A stretch of 40,252 nucleotides of DNA from Reticulomyxa filosa (lineage: Eukaryota; Protista; Foraminifera), in contig ASPP01010825.1 of NCBI GenBank assembly GCA_000512085.1, positions 1 to 40,252 of the forward strand, in the 5' to 3' direction. The translations under genes were made by a program, and so were the position numbers. Position 1 is the stretch's first letter; every line of letters starts with the position of its first letter. The notes beneath the pieces are model-generated. The model was given only the letters and a program-made list of their open reading frames with translations. It was not told the DNA's origin and ran no database searches. Shown here piece after piece: positions 15,001-26,800 of the stretch.

Positions 15001-17762
15001 TTCCTCGCAATTACTATTTAGGCGTGTCGACGAAAATGGTCACATTGTGCGAAAGGTGGTCGGCGGTAGCGAAGTCAAATACGATACGGATATGTTGACA
15101 CCAAGGGGATATGTGATTATTGAAGGCGAAGACGACATTTGCAGAGATTTTGACGAAACGTCGGTTCGCATAGCGAGATTGTTTGTCAATTTGCTTCTGT
15201 TAATTCATCATAGCTGTATGCAACGCAGTCAAGTCGTCGAATTTACAAAACTGAGTAGTGACGCTAAAAACATAACAAACCGACTATTGAAATTAATAAC
15301 AACGTATATCGAAAAGATTGCTCACGCAGTCGATCATCTGTCCGAGGAAAGCTGTGTATTATTGCTTCATCGTATTATCCAACAGATTTATGAGACATAT
15401 GTTGATGAATTCCCAAATGGCTTAGAGGATTTGTCAATTCGCGGCAGACAAGAGTTTGAAGTCTATTTAATTTCCAAATGCATTGACCCGGTCCTGTTGA
15501 ATCACGGAAAATATATCCGCGAAACTCGCGAATGGACTTTAACAGATCCGAATTGCGTGTATTGGACAACACGTATCGACGATCGATTGTCATTGGAAAA
15601 AGATGAAGGCAAAGAGTTTTTGTCGCAATATTATCCTCATATTTATTTGCCATTCCAAGAAGTCACGTTGCTGCAATTTCGTAGTTACGTGATGCAAGAC
15701 AAAAATAACAACACTGCGTATCCAGTAATTAGCGGACTTTTGAAGACCATGGCATTGTCAAGCGGCTATTCTGTGTTCGCCTTGCGATATTTGCCGGAGA
15801 TGATCAACTGGATGAAACTGGTTCATTATCGATTCAATGGTCGGTTGACAAGAGAAGAAGCCGGGTCGAAAACAGCACAAGATGTTTTGAATAGATGTAT
15901 CGAAGATAAATGGGGAGATATTAATCAATGGATCACTGCTTTGAAAGGGTTCTCCACCGGATGGAATCATGTGGTCAGCCGTACTGCCGATTCCAAAAAG
16001 CAAGGTGCCGCAATTGATGAAAAACGACCTTCGGCCATTTTGGATAACTTCTCTTTGCCTTTTAATAAATCTCATCCTATTGCCGCAAAATCTGAAGAAA
16101 AAAAAGAAAAACATAGCGTGGAAGCCAACTACTCTGGTCCAAGAAAGCGAAGTCTTTTCGATTTTTTCAAAAAAGATGAAACAAACACATCCACTGAGGA
16201 TGAAAAAGGAGGCAACGAAGATAATCTCGAAGATATGTTGGACGTAACAGCGTCTGAAAATGATGTTGACGATCTTGGGTGGATGAAACGCTTTTTAGTC
16301 CTTTCCAACCAGCCATTCCAACTCCTCAAAACTGATGCAAATAACGTTGTCTCTCCACAAGATGTTCCTCTGTCTTTGGCTCTGGAATGTGGTCCAAATA
16401 GTCCTTTGGAAACAAGTAAAATGCTGCGACTTTTGCTAGATCATTTGGTAACAGTCAATAATTCCTTATTAGAGAATTGCTCCAAGTTTCTTTTTTTTTT
16501 TTTTTTTTTTGGTTAAAAAAAGTAATAATTATACACTATTGAAAATGCTTACTTTTGTTATCACAAAAAAGGTCACAACATGTCGAAAAAACTGCTGTAA
16601 CTCGCATCTCGAATGAAAAAGACGTAGTTGGAATTAATGAAGAAGAATTATCGAAGTTGAGCCGCTTTTCAATTTGTACATTTGTTTACCTTTGATTTGT
16701 TGTTGCGGAGGAAAATATTAAAAATCTTTGTTTTGTTTTGCAACAGGATGATCCAACAGTGCGCTAGTCAAAAGTCAAAATATGGACAAGCGGTATCGTT
16801 GAATATCAACTTAGAATTGCTGGAAACACAAATAAAAGAAAAGTACATCGTCGGTCGAAAATATCTATCTTTTGATTTGAGTGAAATCACGTTTGAACTC
16901 TCTGGCGAATATGATATGCAAGAGGTATTTGACCTGATTAATCAAAAGTTTTCGGAAACAGCAAATCAACCAAATTATTTTGAGAAAGTGGACGATAATG
17001 TGTTGTTAACCTTGAACACAAAACTCTTGCATCCAGATTCTTCTATCGCGTCTTATGCTCTTAGGGACAATGTCAACCCATCCGACTACGCCAATCTGGG
17101 TACAAATTCAAACAAATTAAAAGTTTACAAAACACCTAAAGAAGCTGTTGAACAAGTGTTGCTCGCTATTCGACGACAAAAGACCGTTCCAACGGGAACA
17201 GACTCAATTGGTTTATACATGAAAAAGATATTGCATTTGCATCAGAGAGAATATGAACCATTTGAAAAAACTAATGAATTGTGTTTGAAACACAGCAAGT
17301 CTGTATGGGAATATCTAAATAGGATGTATTTGATGGAAGAAAGTAAATGGTGCCAACTGCCAAAGGGCCTTTTGAAAATATATCAGTTAGGTTTTTATTT
17401 ACTCTTCTTGGTATCTTTTTTACAAATTATATGCGTCTTGCAAATAATTTTTATTCAGAGATCCACCTTCTGACGAAACTGAGCAGTTGCTGGGACGATT
17501 TGTTACTGACAATGAAACAGATGCAATATGGAGCTTGCTGCTATGTTGGAAAAAAATCTTGGAAACAACACTAAGCAGACAGGCTCTTCCAAAACCTAAT
17601 GAAATTCCTTTATCAAAATTCCTACATGGAGAAATAAAAGACGATGATCTCAAAAAATTAGTGCTTGAATTGCCAATACAACTTCAGCTAAATCACGCAG
17701 GTATTGCCTTTCAAAAATGTGCATCCAAGTTTGAAAAAAAGATTCAAGCTAGCTTCCTGTGA
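29..17762 (+). CDS. Giant RNF213/mysterin-like AAA+ ATPase with E3-like module (5'-partial, multi-exon, about 5,020 aa in window)
   Basis: RNF213-like motifs in order: GRPHLYLC...VLFC, SKHECVGKS, FHINIS, YTLTYDNILKI...IPVLIMGET|GCGKT (Walker A), VFLDEIN (Walker B), AALNPYR, LVYRVFPLP, SLRDVQR, VVGRPGSSKT (Walker A), VLVLDEMGLAE, GLSNWRLDAAKMNR, FFGQRDFYSL, RNFGG, IFGSRF, LYDSLYDVLNQRY, RFEK, WKHVFVDAL, FPFS, MPED. Hand-called introns: 378-506, 875-960, 1243-1349?, 1595-1689?, 2237-2343, 2656-2748?, 3988-4065, 4558-4702, 5099-5177, 5396-5468, 5994-6089, 6565-6694, 7042-7129, 7407-7480, 7632-7726, 8230-8312, 8457-8526, 9084-9148, 9317-9402, 10174-10255, 10359-10493, 10938-11017, 11491-11560, 12868-12932, 13523-13634, 14122-14220, 16486-16571, 16656-16746, 17386-17458. 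Four 1-nt frameshifts (about 5237, 7320, 8846, 14980) need correction. Stop TGA at 17760-17762. Confidence 0.9.
7661..7710. repeat. Intronic 20-bp direct repeat
   Basis: ttttgttctcgttttgttcc (7661-7680) and ttttgttctcgtttggttcc (7691-7710), 1 mismatch, inside the intron that splits the Walker A motif. Confidence 0.85.
9334..9396. repeat. Degenerate pentanucleotide microsatellite (CATAA-like) in an intron
   Basis: aatacatcataacacaacataccataacataacacatcataacataacacgatataatcata shows 5-nt periodicity. Confidence 0.8.
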
Positions 17763-18366
17763 TTAATTCACGTGCATGGATCTAGTGTAAACCTTCGGAT
17801 TGCTTGTTTTTGATATAATATTAAAGTATTATTTCGTCCTGTTGTACGCTCTATGTAAACAAATTATACTTGAATAAATCCAATTTTGTCAAAATCTTTA
17901 TATGAAAAAACATTAACAATTATCGATGCTTTTTATTCCAAACACTTCAAAAAGTTGATTTTTCATGAATAATATTCTAAATTGCTCGCGGATATTCATT
18001 TTAGATCTTGTTGCTGTCAATTGTGTTCACTCCATGTTGCTGTGCCCTTAAATTATTTAGTTGTTCACATAAAAAGAAGATACGGTCGATCACAAACATC
18101 TAATAAATCAAAAATTATAGTGCTTTATACGATCCCAAGAATGAAAAAACAAATTTACACTAGTGTAAAAAATGAACTTGTACAAGCCGTTCTATTTTTT
18201 GTAATAAATTCACAATTAACAATCTGTCGAAGAAATTCATACTCGCAACAATCACTATTTATTTATGTTTTCTTTGATATTCATTCATTGTTTTATCACA
18301 AACAATGCTTTACAAAATCATTTACCAAGATATATTGTTTCTTTCATTCGATGAAGAGAGGAACAA

Positions 18367-20390
18367 CTAATTGCGAATGACATATACTTGAAAAAAACCA
18401 ACGAGCAATCCCAAAATTGCTCCGATTGCAATGAGTTTGATTTCATCTTCTTTGAAAACAGGATGTAAACATCCTTCAAATTGTTGATAACTTAATTTGG
18501 ACATTTGTTCCCGGATGAGTCTTTCTAAATCCATGACCTCGTCTGCATAATTTTCTAATTTTTTTTGAACGATCATAATATCCTCTTGACACTCCATTTC
18601 TTGATGACATTTCAGTAATTCATCACAAGCTTCTTTTTTGATTCGCTAAACAAACAAATAAAGAGAAGTACTGTTTCAAATCAAAGTGAGAATTCTCATA
18701 CAGATTATATTTCATATATGTACGTGTCATTGTGACAAAGTGGGTCTATAAGGGCTGTTATATTTGCCAAAACTTGAAATTTTTCAGGTCCAACGGCATA
18801 TTCTAACAACGGCTTAATTCTACCAAAATCGGCAAATCGCTCGCATGCATCTTCAAAATGGCGAATGACCAAATCGAACAAGCGATCTGATGATTTACCT
18901 CGAAGCATAGAAGAAAATAAAACCTCTGCTCGCAATACAGTTTTGGTCAAGAAGGAAGCGAATTCTACACTGACCTCACGTTGTCGACGCAAGAACAATC
19001 CGTGAATTGTGATCCCGCAAAAACGATGAGGTAGAACTGGTCGAAAGATAATTTGGAGTGCAATCCAATTAGTTATCCATCCCAATATAAAGCCACTCAC
19101 TGGCAACATCCAGTATTTTACTAATTTGTTATGGCCAAAAGAAATTGTTGCAATCATCTGTCCAAAGCCTAACACTAATCCGAGCACTGCCCCAAAATTT
19201 CTGTCCATTTTTTTTGTTTTGTTAAATTTGCTGAGTGATATAAAAAAAAGTGTAAAGATTTAACCGAATAAAAATAAGCTCTTTCCAGCCACATTTTAGG
19301 AAGACATTGGAAAGCAATTTTTTATCATTTTGTAAAGCGGTTCCGACCATATCTTTGAGATCAAACACAGACTCAATGTTTTTACTAATATCTTCGATCA
19401 TATTTTTAACAGTAATCGGTGCATCTCGGACGGCAATGTCAATAAAGGATTTTCGCAAGTGTTCTGGAAGCAAGGCCCATGCCATTGGAGCTTGGCTTTG
19501 GGCGACCCTTGGAATGATGATTTGCAAGACTTTGTAACATGCAGGTTCCATAATAACTGCGACTTCGTTGGGATTGATTCGATGGATGATATCTTCCATT
19601 CGAATGACATTAGGGATCATTAAATCGACTGCCATCTCTGCCATCTTTATTGCTTTCATTGGTACAATGCCTTGCCAACCAAATCCGTATCCTTTCAATG
19701 GACCTGATTGGAATTGATACAATCCAATGAATTCCGTTGGATTGAACGTCATCCACAGCGCCAATGCGATATGTCCATATGTGAATATCATACAAATTAT
19801 TGGAATCGATACTTGGTTTTGTTTTATTTGGTTTTGCTTCTTTTTTTTTTTTTTTTGTAACTTATGCGCAATATACACAAACATGCAAATTACGCACATG
19901 CAATACGTATTTTGTATGGTAAAACAAAACTGTATCGAAGTAACATTTCCCAATTATCGCAAATGTATCCCCACAACCTAAAATACCAAATGGCTGTAAC
20001 TGCAATGCCACAAAATAAGATGACTGTTCCTGTTAATATGGACAGGTTGATACATGTAACCTCAAAACAATTGGATTCAAACCAATTGCGCTTTGATTGA
20101 TGTTCTAAAAAGTCATGAAGAAATTCTAAATCGTCCAACACCATTCCTGAACTTGTTGATTTTTTTTTTACTCTAGTCGATACTGTCGTAGCATCTTCTA
20201 TTTCTTTTTCTTCTGTTTTGCTATCCTCTGCAGTTCTCTTTGTTGGGTTGTGTTCACCTTTTCCATATTCCGAGTATATATCAGTGTTATCATCTTCTAG
20301 GGAACGATAAGTAGCGTTGATACTGATGACAGGGTTCTTTGAGGACACTTTCTCTCCTTGAACTGTTACATTTATATCATTGAACGCCAT
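18367..20390 (-). CDS. DUF445-like membrane protein (4 exons)
   Basis: Motifs GWQGIVPMKAIKMAE, GWITNWIALQIIFRP, HGLFLRRQREVS, FEGCLHPVFKEDEIKLIAIGAILGLLVGFFQ. Introns 19812-19930, 19201-19264 and about 18646-18773 preserve frame. Confidence 0.85.
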
Positions 20391-20580
20391 TTTTTTTGAC
20401 AGCACTTTTTCCCTCTGTACAAGAGCACCACACAACACGGAATATAACACTATGAGAAACCTTAGAAAATTCGGGCTGGTTACATAATTTTCGAAACTGA
20501 GCCGCGTGATAATATAAAACCTAAGAACTTTTGAAATGAAGGGAAGTTACAGGTAATTTTGTCTACTGATTAGGACTTGA

Positions 20581-21948
20581 ATGAATAATATCGACACTAA
20601 TAACAAAATAAAAGAAAAGTCGATAAAATGTTTAGGACATATGCAAGCAAATTTATGCTGTGATAGTGTGGAATGGTGTCCTTGTGAAACCTTTGAGCAC
20701 CTGTTTGTGATAGGACACTATCAACTCAACCAGTCAACGGACTCCAATGCCCAAACAAAATCGGGAGGGATAAGTTTATACGAGTACAAACCCAAAGTGG
20801 GTTTGGAAGGAGACAGTCCTTCATTGACACACTTCAATTTGCTCCGTTGGTATTCGACGGGAGCTGTATTTGATATGAAATGGCATCCAAAACGAGAGCA
20901 AACAAATCCATTGTTGGCAGTGGCAATGGCAAATGGAGTGATAGAGTTGTATCAACTGTCGAAAAAACAAAGAGACGAGGATGGAAAAGAAAGTAAAGAA
21001 GAAGATGAAAGCAACAAGCAAACAAGAGGAAGCCAAGTTGAACTTACTCGGATCTCGTCTGTGAAAATTCGAACATTGGATGAATCAACTGGCAATGGCA
21101 ATGAAGACGACAGTCCTCCGTCTTGTCTATCATTGGATTGGAATACACACTTGCATGACAAGCAAGCAGAAGTTGATCGATGCAGATTGTTGAGTGCTTT
21201 AAGTGATGGATCTTTGATCGTGTTAGAGTTGAGCAATAACAAATTGACAATCGTGGATCGTTGGAAGTGTCATACCGACCAAGTATGGACGGGGGTGTTC
21301 GATCATGACTACATGAACACTACACACACGGTCGTGTACAGCGCCAGTGACGACGGGAGTATTGTTTTGTCCGACCGTCGAACTCGCAATGATACCACTT
21401 TGCGACTGAAAGGTTGTCACAATGATTTGGGCGTATGTTCATTGAATCAATCACTCATCCATGGACATGTGTTATATTCCGGAGGGTTTGATGAACACTT
21501 GAAAGTATGGGACAAGCGCTATTTCAAGCAACACATTACTGATGTCAATACATCAAATACACATTCCAATGTAAATTCACGGGAATTGAAAAGTTACAAA
21601 ATTGGAGATGGAGTTTGGCGAATTCGGGTCAAACCAATCACTTTCAATGCAACCAAGTTTTCATTACAACTTGATAATGTTAATCCCATTGCTTCGCACG
21701 AGTTGCTATTGATTGCTGGAATGCGCTCTGGATTTCATGTGTTAGATACCGCTCACACACGGGTCACGGACTTCACTCTTGTCTCTACATATGCGCTACA
21801 TGGACAATACAATGATCTTCAGATCGATAAAAACGAAATACTGGCCTATGGATGTGATTGGATGTTCGGAGAGGAGCATGTGGTTGCCTCTTGTTCTTTT
21901 TATGATAAAGAAATACATTGTTGGAAAATTCAAGAACTATTGAAATAA
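20581..21948 (+). CDS. DPH7: Diphthamide biosynthesis WD40 protein (DPH7/WDR85), intronless
   Basis: CDSVEWCP, GHYQL, AVFDMKW, SASDDG, SGGFDE, GDGVWRI, AYGCDW, ASCSFYDK match the DPH7/RRT2 family. Confidence 0.9.
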   Translation: MNNIDTNNKIKEKSIKCLGHMQANLCCDSVEWCPCETFEHLFVIGHYQLNQSTDSNAQTKSGGISLYEYKPKVGLEGDSPSLTHFNLLRWYSTGAVFDMKWHPKREQTNPLLAVAMANGVIELYQLSKKQRDEDGKESKEEDESNKQTRGSQVELTRISSVKIRTLDESTGNGNEDDSPPSCLSLDWNTHLHDKQAEVDRCRLLSALSDGSLIVLELSNNKLTIVDRWKCHTDQVWTGVFDHDYMNTTHTVVYSASDDGSIVLSDRRTRNDTTLRLKGCHNDLGVCSLNQSLIHGHVLYSGGFDEHLKVWDKRYFKQHITDVNTSNTHSNVNSRELKSYKIGDGVWRIRVKPITFNATKFSLQLDNVNPIASHELLLIAGMRSGFHVLDTAHTRVTDFTLVSTYALHGQYNDLQIDKNEILAYGCDWMFGEEHVVASCSFYDKEIHCWKIQELLK

Positions 21949-22618
21949 ACTAGAACTCCATTTTCCCTCTCTTCTTTGCGCTTCTTTTTCAAAACTTATT
22001 GTTTTACAATCTTCAAATCCTTTTTAATAGCTGAATTATATCTCATGAATTAACATAAATCTGCATTTTAGGGCGGAAAGAGTCCTTCGAGATACGTTCA
22101 TGCACTGCTTACATCTTTTTTTAATAAAAAACATTCATCACAAAGAATGTATGTCGATCTCACTATATAGTTGGTTTGTCATTTGGCTTTTATCAACATG
22201 ATTTTCTTTTTCAAAAAAATTTTTTGCTAAAACAAATAATGGAATTTTTTTTTGTCTAATATACAACAGTACTCTACATAGGCCAGCGAATATTCAATCT
22301 ATTAGTATAATCTCTTTTACATAGCTCAGAAAAGAGATATCTAAAGCCTTTTCTATCATGTTTGTTTTTATTATTTGTTATTAGTTGTAATTTAATTAAA
22401 TTCATCAAACTGGATATTAATTCCACAATATTTGGCAATAAATTTGATTTAAATACTTCATTTTGTCTCAATACGTACAATTGGAAATACACTTGGCTGT
22501 ATTTGTTTTTTTCAAAAATGTGGCAGATCATGTCAGTTTTACGTTGAACGTTGATGAGTCTTGAGTACAAAAAAAAGGGAACGCCCACTTTTACCAAAAT
22601 TTTTTAAGTGTTATCAAA

Positions 22619-23117
22619 ATGAGCAGAAAATTAAAAAAAAAAACAAGGGGACGCCGAGCAAAAACAGCGCTCAATAGGTTTGGTGACCAACCAGATTACT
22701 CGTATTACATTTATAAAGTCCTCAAGCAAGTAAGCCCTGAAATGGGTGTCTCAAAGAAAGGAATGATTACATTCAATTCTTTTACTGAGGATGCCGTCAA
22801 AAAAATTTTGGATGAATCGAGAGAGCTGTTGAAAATCTCCGGGAAAAGGACACTTGATGCACGAACAGTTATGCTTATTTTTTAAAACATAAGTTTGAAA
22901 TGACAGATATATTTTTTGTCAACAGATTCAAACATCAGTGAGGCTAATTTTTCCAGGAGAATTGTCGAAACACGCAGAGTCTGAAGCAATGAAAGCAGTG
23001 ATGAAATACTGTATGAAAATTACAACAAAAACAAACACACAAACAGACTTATTGATTAAATTTTTTTTACAAAGTTCAAATGTGTTTTATGCAATAGCAA
23101 CGGTCAACAGGTCTTAA
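22619..23117 (+). CDS. Divergent histone H2B (3 exons)
   Basis: [12 protein letters not shown]...[12 protein letters not shown]...TLDART|[28 protein letters not shown]|STVNRS*. Introns 22868-22925 and 23011-23097. Confidence 0.9.
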
Positions 23118-23829
23118 CCGAATTGCCTTATTCTCGTCCTTCAAATTGGGAACAAACAACGACAGGCAAATGTGGTTCGGGTATTTCGCAACTTCGGTCA
23201 TTTGCTTTTTATCGTAACGTAAATCCGAAGATAATTTTGTTGAACATTATGCAACTTTTTTTTGTTTGTTCTGGTCGGGTTTTAATCCATTTTTCAAGAA
23301 CACTTTTTTTTTTCTTTCCCCAAAAAATGGATGAATGAACTTTTCAACTATGTTAAAGGGTGAAAATAAAACTATCTAAACAACTTTCCGAAATACGTTG
23401 TTCTTTTATCGCACACCGTTGTAGAATTTTTTGATCCAAAACACTTTTCTTTAAAGTATTTGACTACTTCAATGTAGTGTTTCTTAGACAGATTATGCTT
23501 TTGATCGGAGGAATCCTTATTGATTCCTTTGTTTTTGAAAAATAGTTTTTTTAATAAATTTTTGTCACTAAAATTCCCAGTACACGATTGATTAAAGAAT
23601 TCAAAATATGTCGGGACCAAATCTAATGCTTTTTTTGGAGGAAGCGATTCTGTTGGAACCTTTTTTGGTGGAATTTTTAATCGCCTTCATCTATGTTTTC
23701 GGCCAAATCCTTGCCCTCAAGTATGATGATACAAAATATTTCTAAGTTGTGATGGCATCAAACTTTTTCTTTTTGATGTTTACAAAGCACATTACTCTGT
23801 TACTCTGAAAAAGTGAGAAAAAGAAAAAT

Positions 23830-26800
23830 ATGTATGTTTTAGTGTTGTATTGGGCAGTAATTGGCTATGTAATAATAAATGGATGCATTGGTCAGAATGG
23901 ACCATTGCCAACAAGTGAAATGGATGCACTGGTGTCATTTTATAACAGTACAAATGGAGAAGGATGGACAAATAAATGGGATATAATTTGGTCGAATATA
24001 TCACAAAGTGACTTTTGTTCATTTCACGGTGTAGAGTGTGCAAACAATCACGTTGATGAGTTGACAATGCAATTTAATGGTCTGGTAGGGACGCTCCCGG
24101 CAAGCCTGTCCAACTTGACCAAGTTGCGAGTGTTGGAGTTGATAGGAGAGAATCTGTACGGTACTCTTCCATCAGAAATTGGAAGTTTGCGAAACTTGCA
24201 AACATTGGACTTGCAAAATCTAAATGTGACGGGAACAATTCCCGAAGAAATTTTAAGTGGATTGCCAAGCCTAGAATCCCTCGCTATCGTACAATGTCCA
24301 TTTTTGAAAGGGATTTTATCTCAACAAATCAGTTCATTGCAAAACCTGACACGGCTGACTATCTCAGAATGCAATGGAATAAGCGGGACCATTCCTCCGC
24401 AAATTGCCACTTTGGCACTCTTGCATACCCTGCAATTGTCGTCTTGCAATTTTACTGGTTCATTGCCATCCGAATTGGGAGGTCTGCAGAATCTTCAAGT
24501 ACTAGATATTAGTCAAAATCTCTTGACAGGGACAATTCCATCACAATTCAGGTTTATTTTTATTGCAATGCGTGTACGTGCACGTATTTTGTATTTGTAC
24601 GTGCATTTGTGCTTGTACGTACACTCAAACGTAAACACAAATACAAATATTATCAAGCAATCTGTCCAAGTTGTCCCAATTGAGTTTGGGAGAAAACGAA
24701 TTAAGTGGGTCAATTCCAAGTGAATTGGTCAATTTGCGTAATTTGAATATATTGCAATTAAACTCGAATCAATTGAAAGGTACAATCCCAACAAATTTTG
24801 GAACAATGTTGTCTTTGAGTGTATTCGACGTTGGAGGAAATAATCTGACGGGAGTCATTCCATGGAACTTGTGCAAGAGTCTTATTTTGTTTCGTGTGTC
24901 CCAAAATCAGCTGACTGGAACAATCCCATCCGATATTTTTTCTATATGTACGCGGGTGGAGGTGTTTGCATTAGAACACAACCTCTTTTTTGGAACGCTT
25001 CCATGGCAATTGGGAAATTTGACTTTTTTGGAGGTTTTGTCTTTGGGCTATAACCGCTTTTACGGAGCATTGCCAGAGACTATTGGGTGTGTATACAGTC
25101 AAAAAAAAAAAAAATTGGGGATACTTCGCCATAGAGATATAGCTATTCACACATACACACAAACAAACAATAACACTATTACTAGACACTTTGTACAAAT
25201 AAACGTATACTCATTTCCAATTTTGAGATAGTCAGCCAAAGCCGTTGACCACCTGGATTTATCAAACAACGAATTGAGTGGTACGATACCGCCATGTTTT
25301 GGACAAAAGCAAGTCAGTCGTTGGAAAAGCTATATTTGAATAACAACAATTTGAGTGGGACTATCGACGAAGTGACAGAGACATGGAAGAATTTGAGAGA
25401 GTTGGCTATCAGCGACAACCACTTGAGCGGGACATTGCCAACGTTTCGATTGGCCAAGAATTTGAGTGCATTGATTGCATCGGACAATTATTTCACAGGG
25501 TCTTTGCCATCGTTTTACAACAATTCCAATTTGGTTGTTTTGTCATTGGACAATAATCAATTTCAACATAAACTACCAATCCTCGCAAATTCTATGAACA
25601 ATTTGCGCTCATTGACATTGCACAACAATCAATTATCCGACAACGACCTGACCTCATGGTAACTGTTCACAAAAAAAAAAATATGGCTGAAACTATTGTT
25701 TAAACAACAACTTGTAACAATAACATTTGAGAAATATAAAAAAAAAAAAGGTTAGACAAACTCTTTCGAAAGTCTCCTGTGCTATCAATCCTTACATTGG
25801 CAAACAATCATGGACTGGTTGGATCCATTCCAGCGCTAATCTACAATTCAGCATTGTCCGCATTGATTGCTCATGGATGCAGCATCAACGGCCAATTACC
25901 ACAAATCGCATCCAATCAAAAAAGCCATTTACTTTTTGCAAGTTTATCCCAAAATCGATTGTCTGGACTCATGCCGGAGCATTTCATCAATCAAAACGGC
26001 ACTGTCATCAACAATACTCAAATTTACTATCAAACCACTTTTCTCAATTGGGAGGAGCTCCTTGTTACTCAAAGTTTTTAGCTTTTGTCTTTGTTTTTAT
26101 ATTTTAACGAGTACGTTATATATTTATATATGTGTATATATGCGGCCATTTTGTTTGTTTGTACGTTAAAGGTAGAGATGTCCCAAATGCTAGTCATATC
26201 GCCATTGATTGAATACGGCTTGTATTTGTCTGGAAATCGGTTTAAACAAAATGGCGAGTGGTATAAGGGGTTTTCGCAGCAGACATTGCCTCATTATGTG
26301 CCATCGAGTGAACGAAGCGCAGAGAACTTGTACATTACAAACCGCGCATCCTTTCAACAGTACGTGATCATTGCAATTGCGGTACCTATCATGGCAGGAC
26401 TACTGTTGTGGCAAATGATACCCGTCAAGTGTATCATCTGTACGTGTGGGTGTTGCTCTCCACGATTCCCTTTTGCTCGCCAAAAGCCGTCGAACATTGG
26501 GTTTTTCAAACAAATCGAAGTTAATGTGTCTCGTACTCTCTATCTGTCCAAAAAAAAAAAATATATATATATATATGTATATACAATGTGTGCATTCGAA
26601 TAAATAAATAAGTATGTGTATAAGCTAATGAGTAATGGCTACGTCCTTGGAGTAAGTTGTCTATTGGCAGTGATATATTGTATCAACGCCAACTTTTATT
26701 CCGAGGGCTTTCCCTTGTCGCAAATGTCACTGGCGTATGTGAATGATCCACCAAAAAGTACGGTGGGAGTGCTGATAGCAATCGTACTGTGCACAAATGC

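Noticed and set aside
23-17762. About 30 separate plus-strand ORFs read as a prokaryotic operon or defence island
   Set aside because: They join in frame through GT-AG introns into one RNF213-like gene; Walker A is itself split by an intron.
17982-18380. 132-aa plus-strand ORF
   Set aside because: Non-ATG start, AT-rich, lies in the convergent 3' UTR region, no domain.
22274-22597. Overlapping short ORFs upstream of H2B
   Set aside because: AT-rich intergenic composition with no recognisable protein features.
23011-23097. Long C-terminal extension on H2B
   Set aside because: Better explained by an in-phase GTATGA...ATAG intron that gives a normal-length C-terminus.
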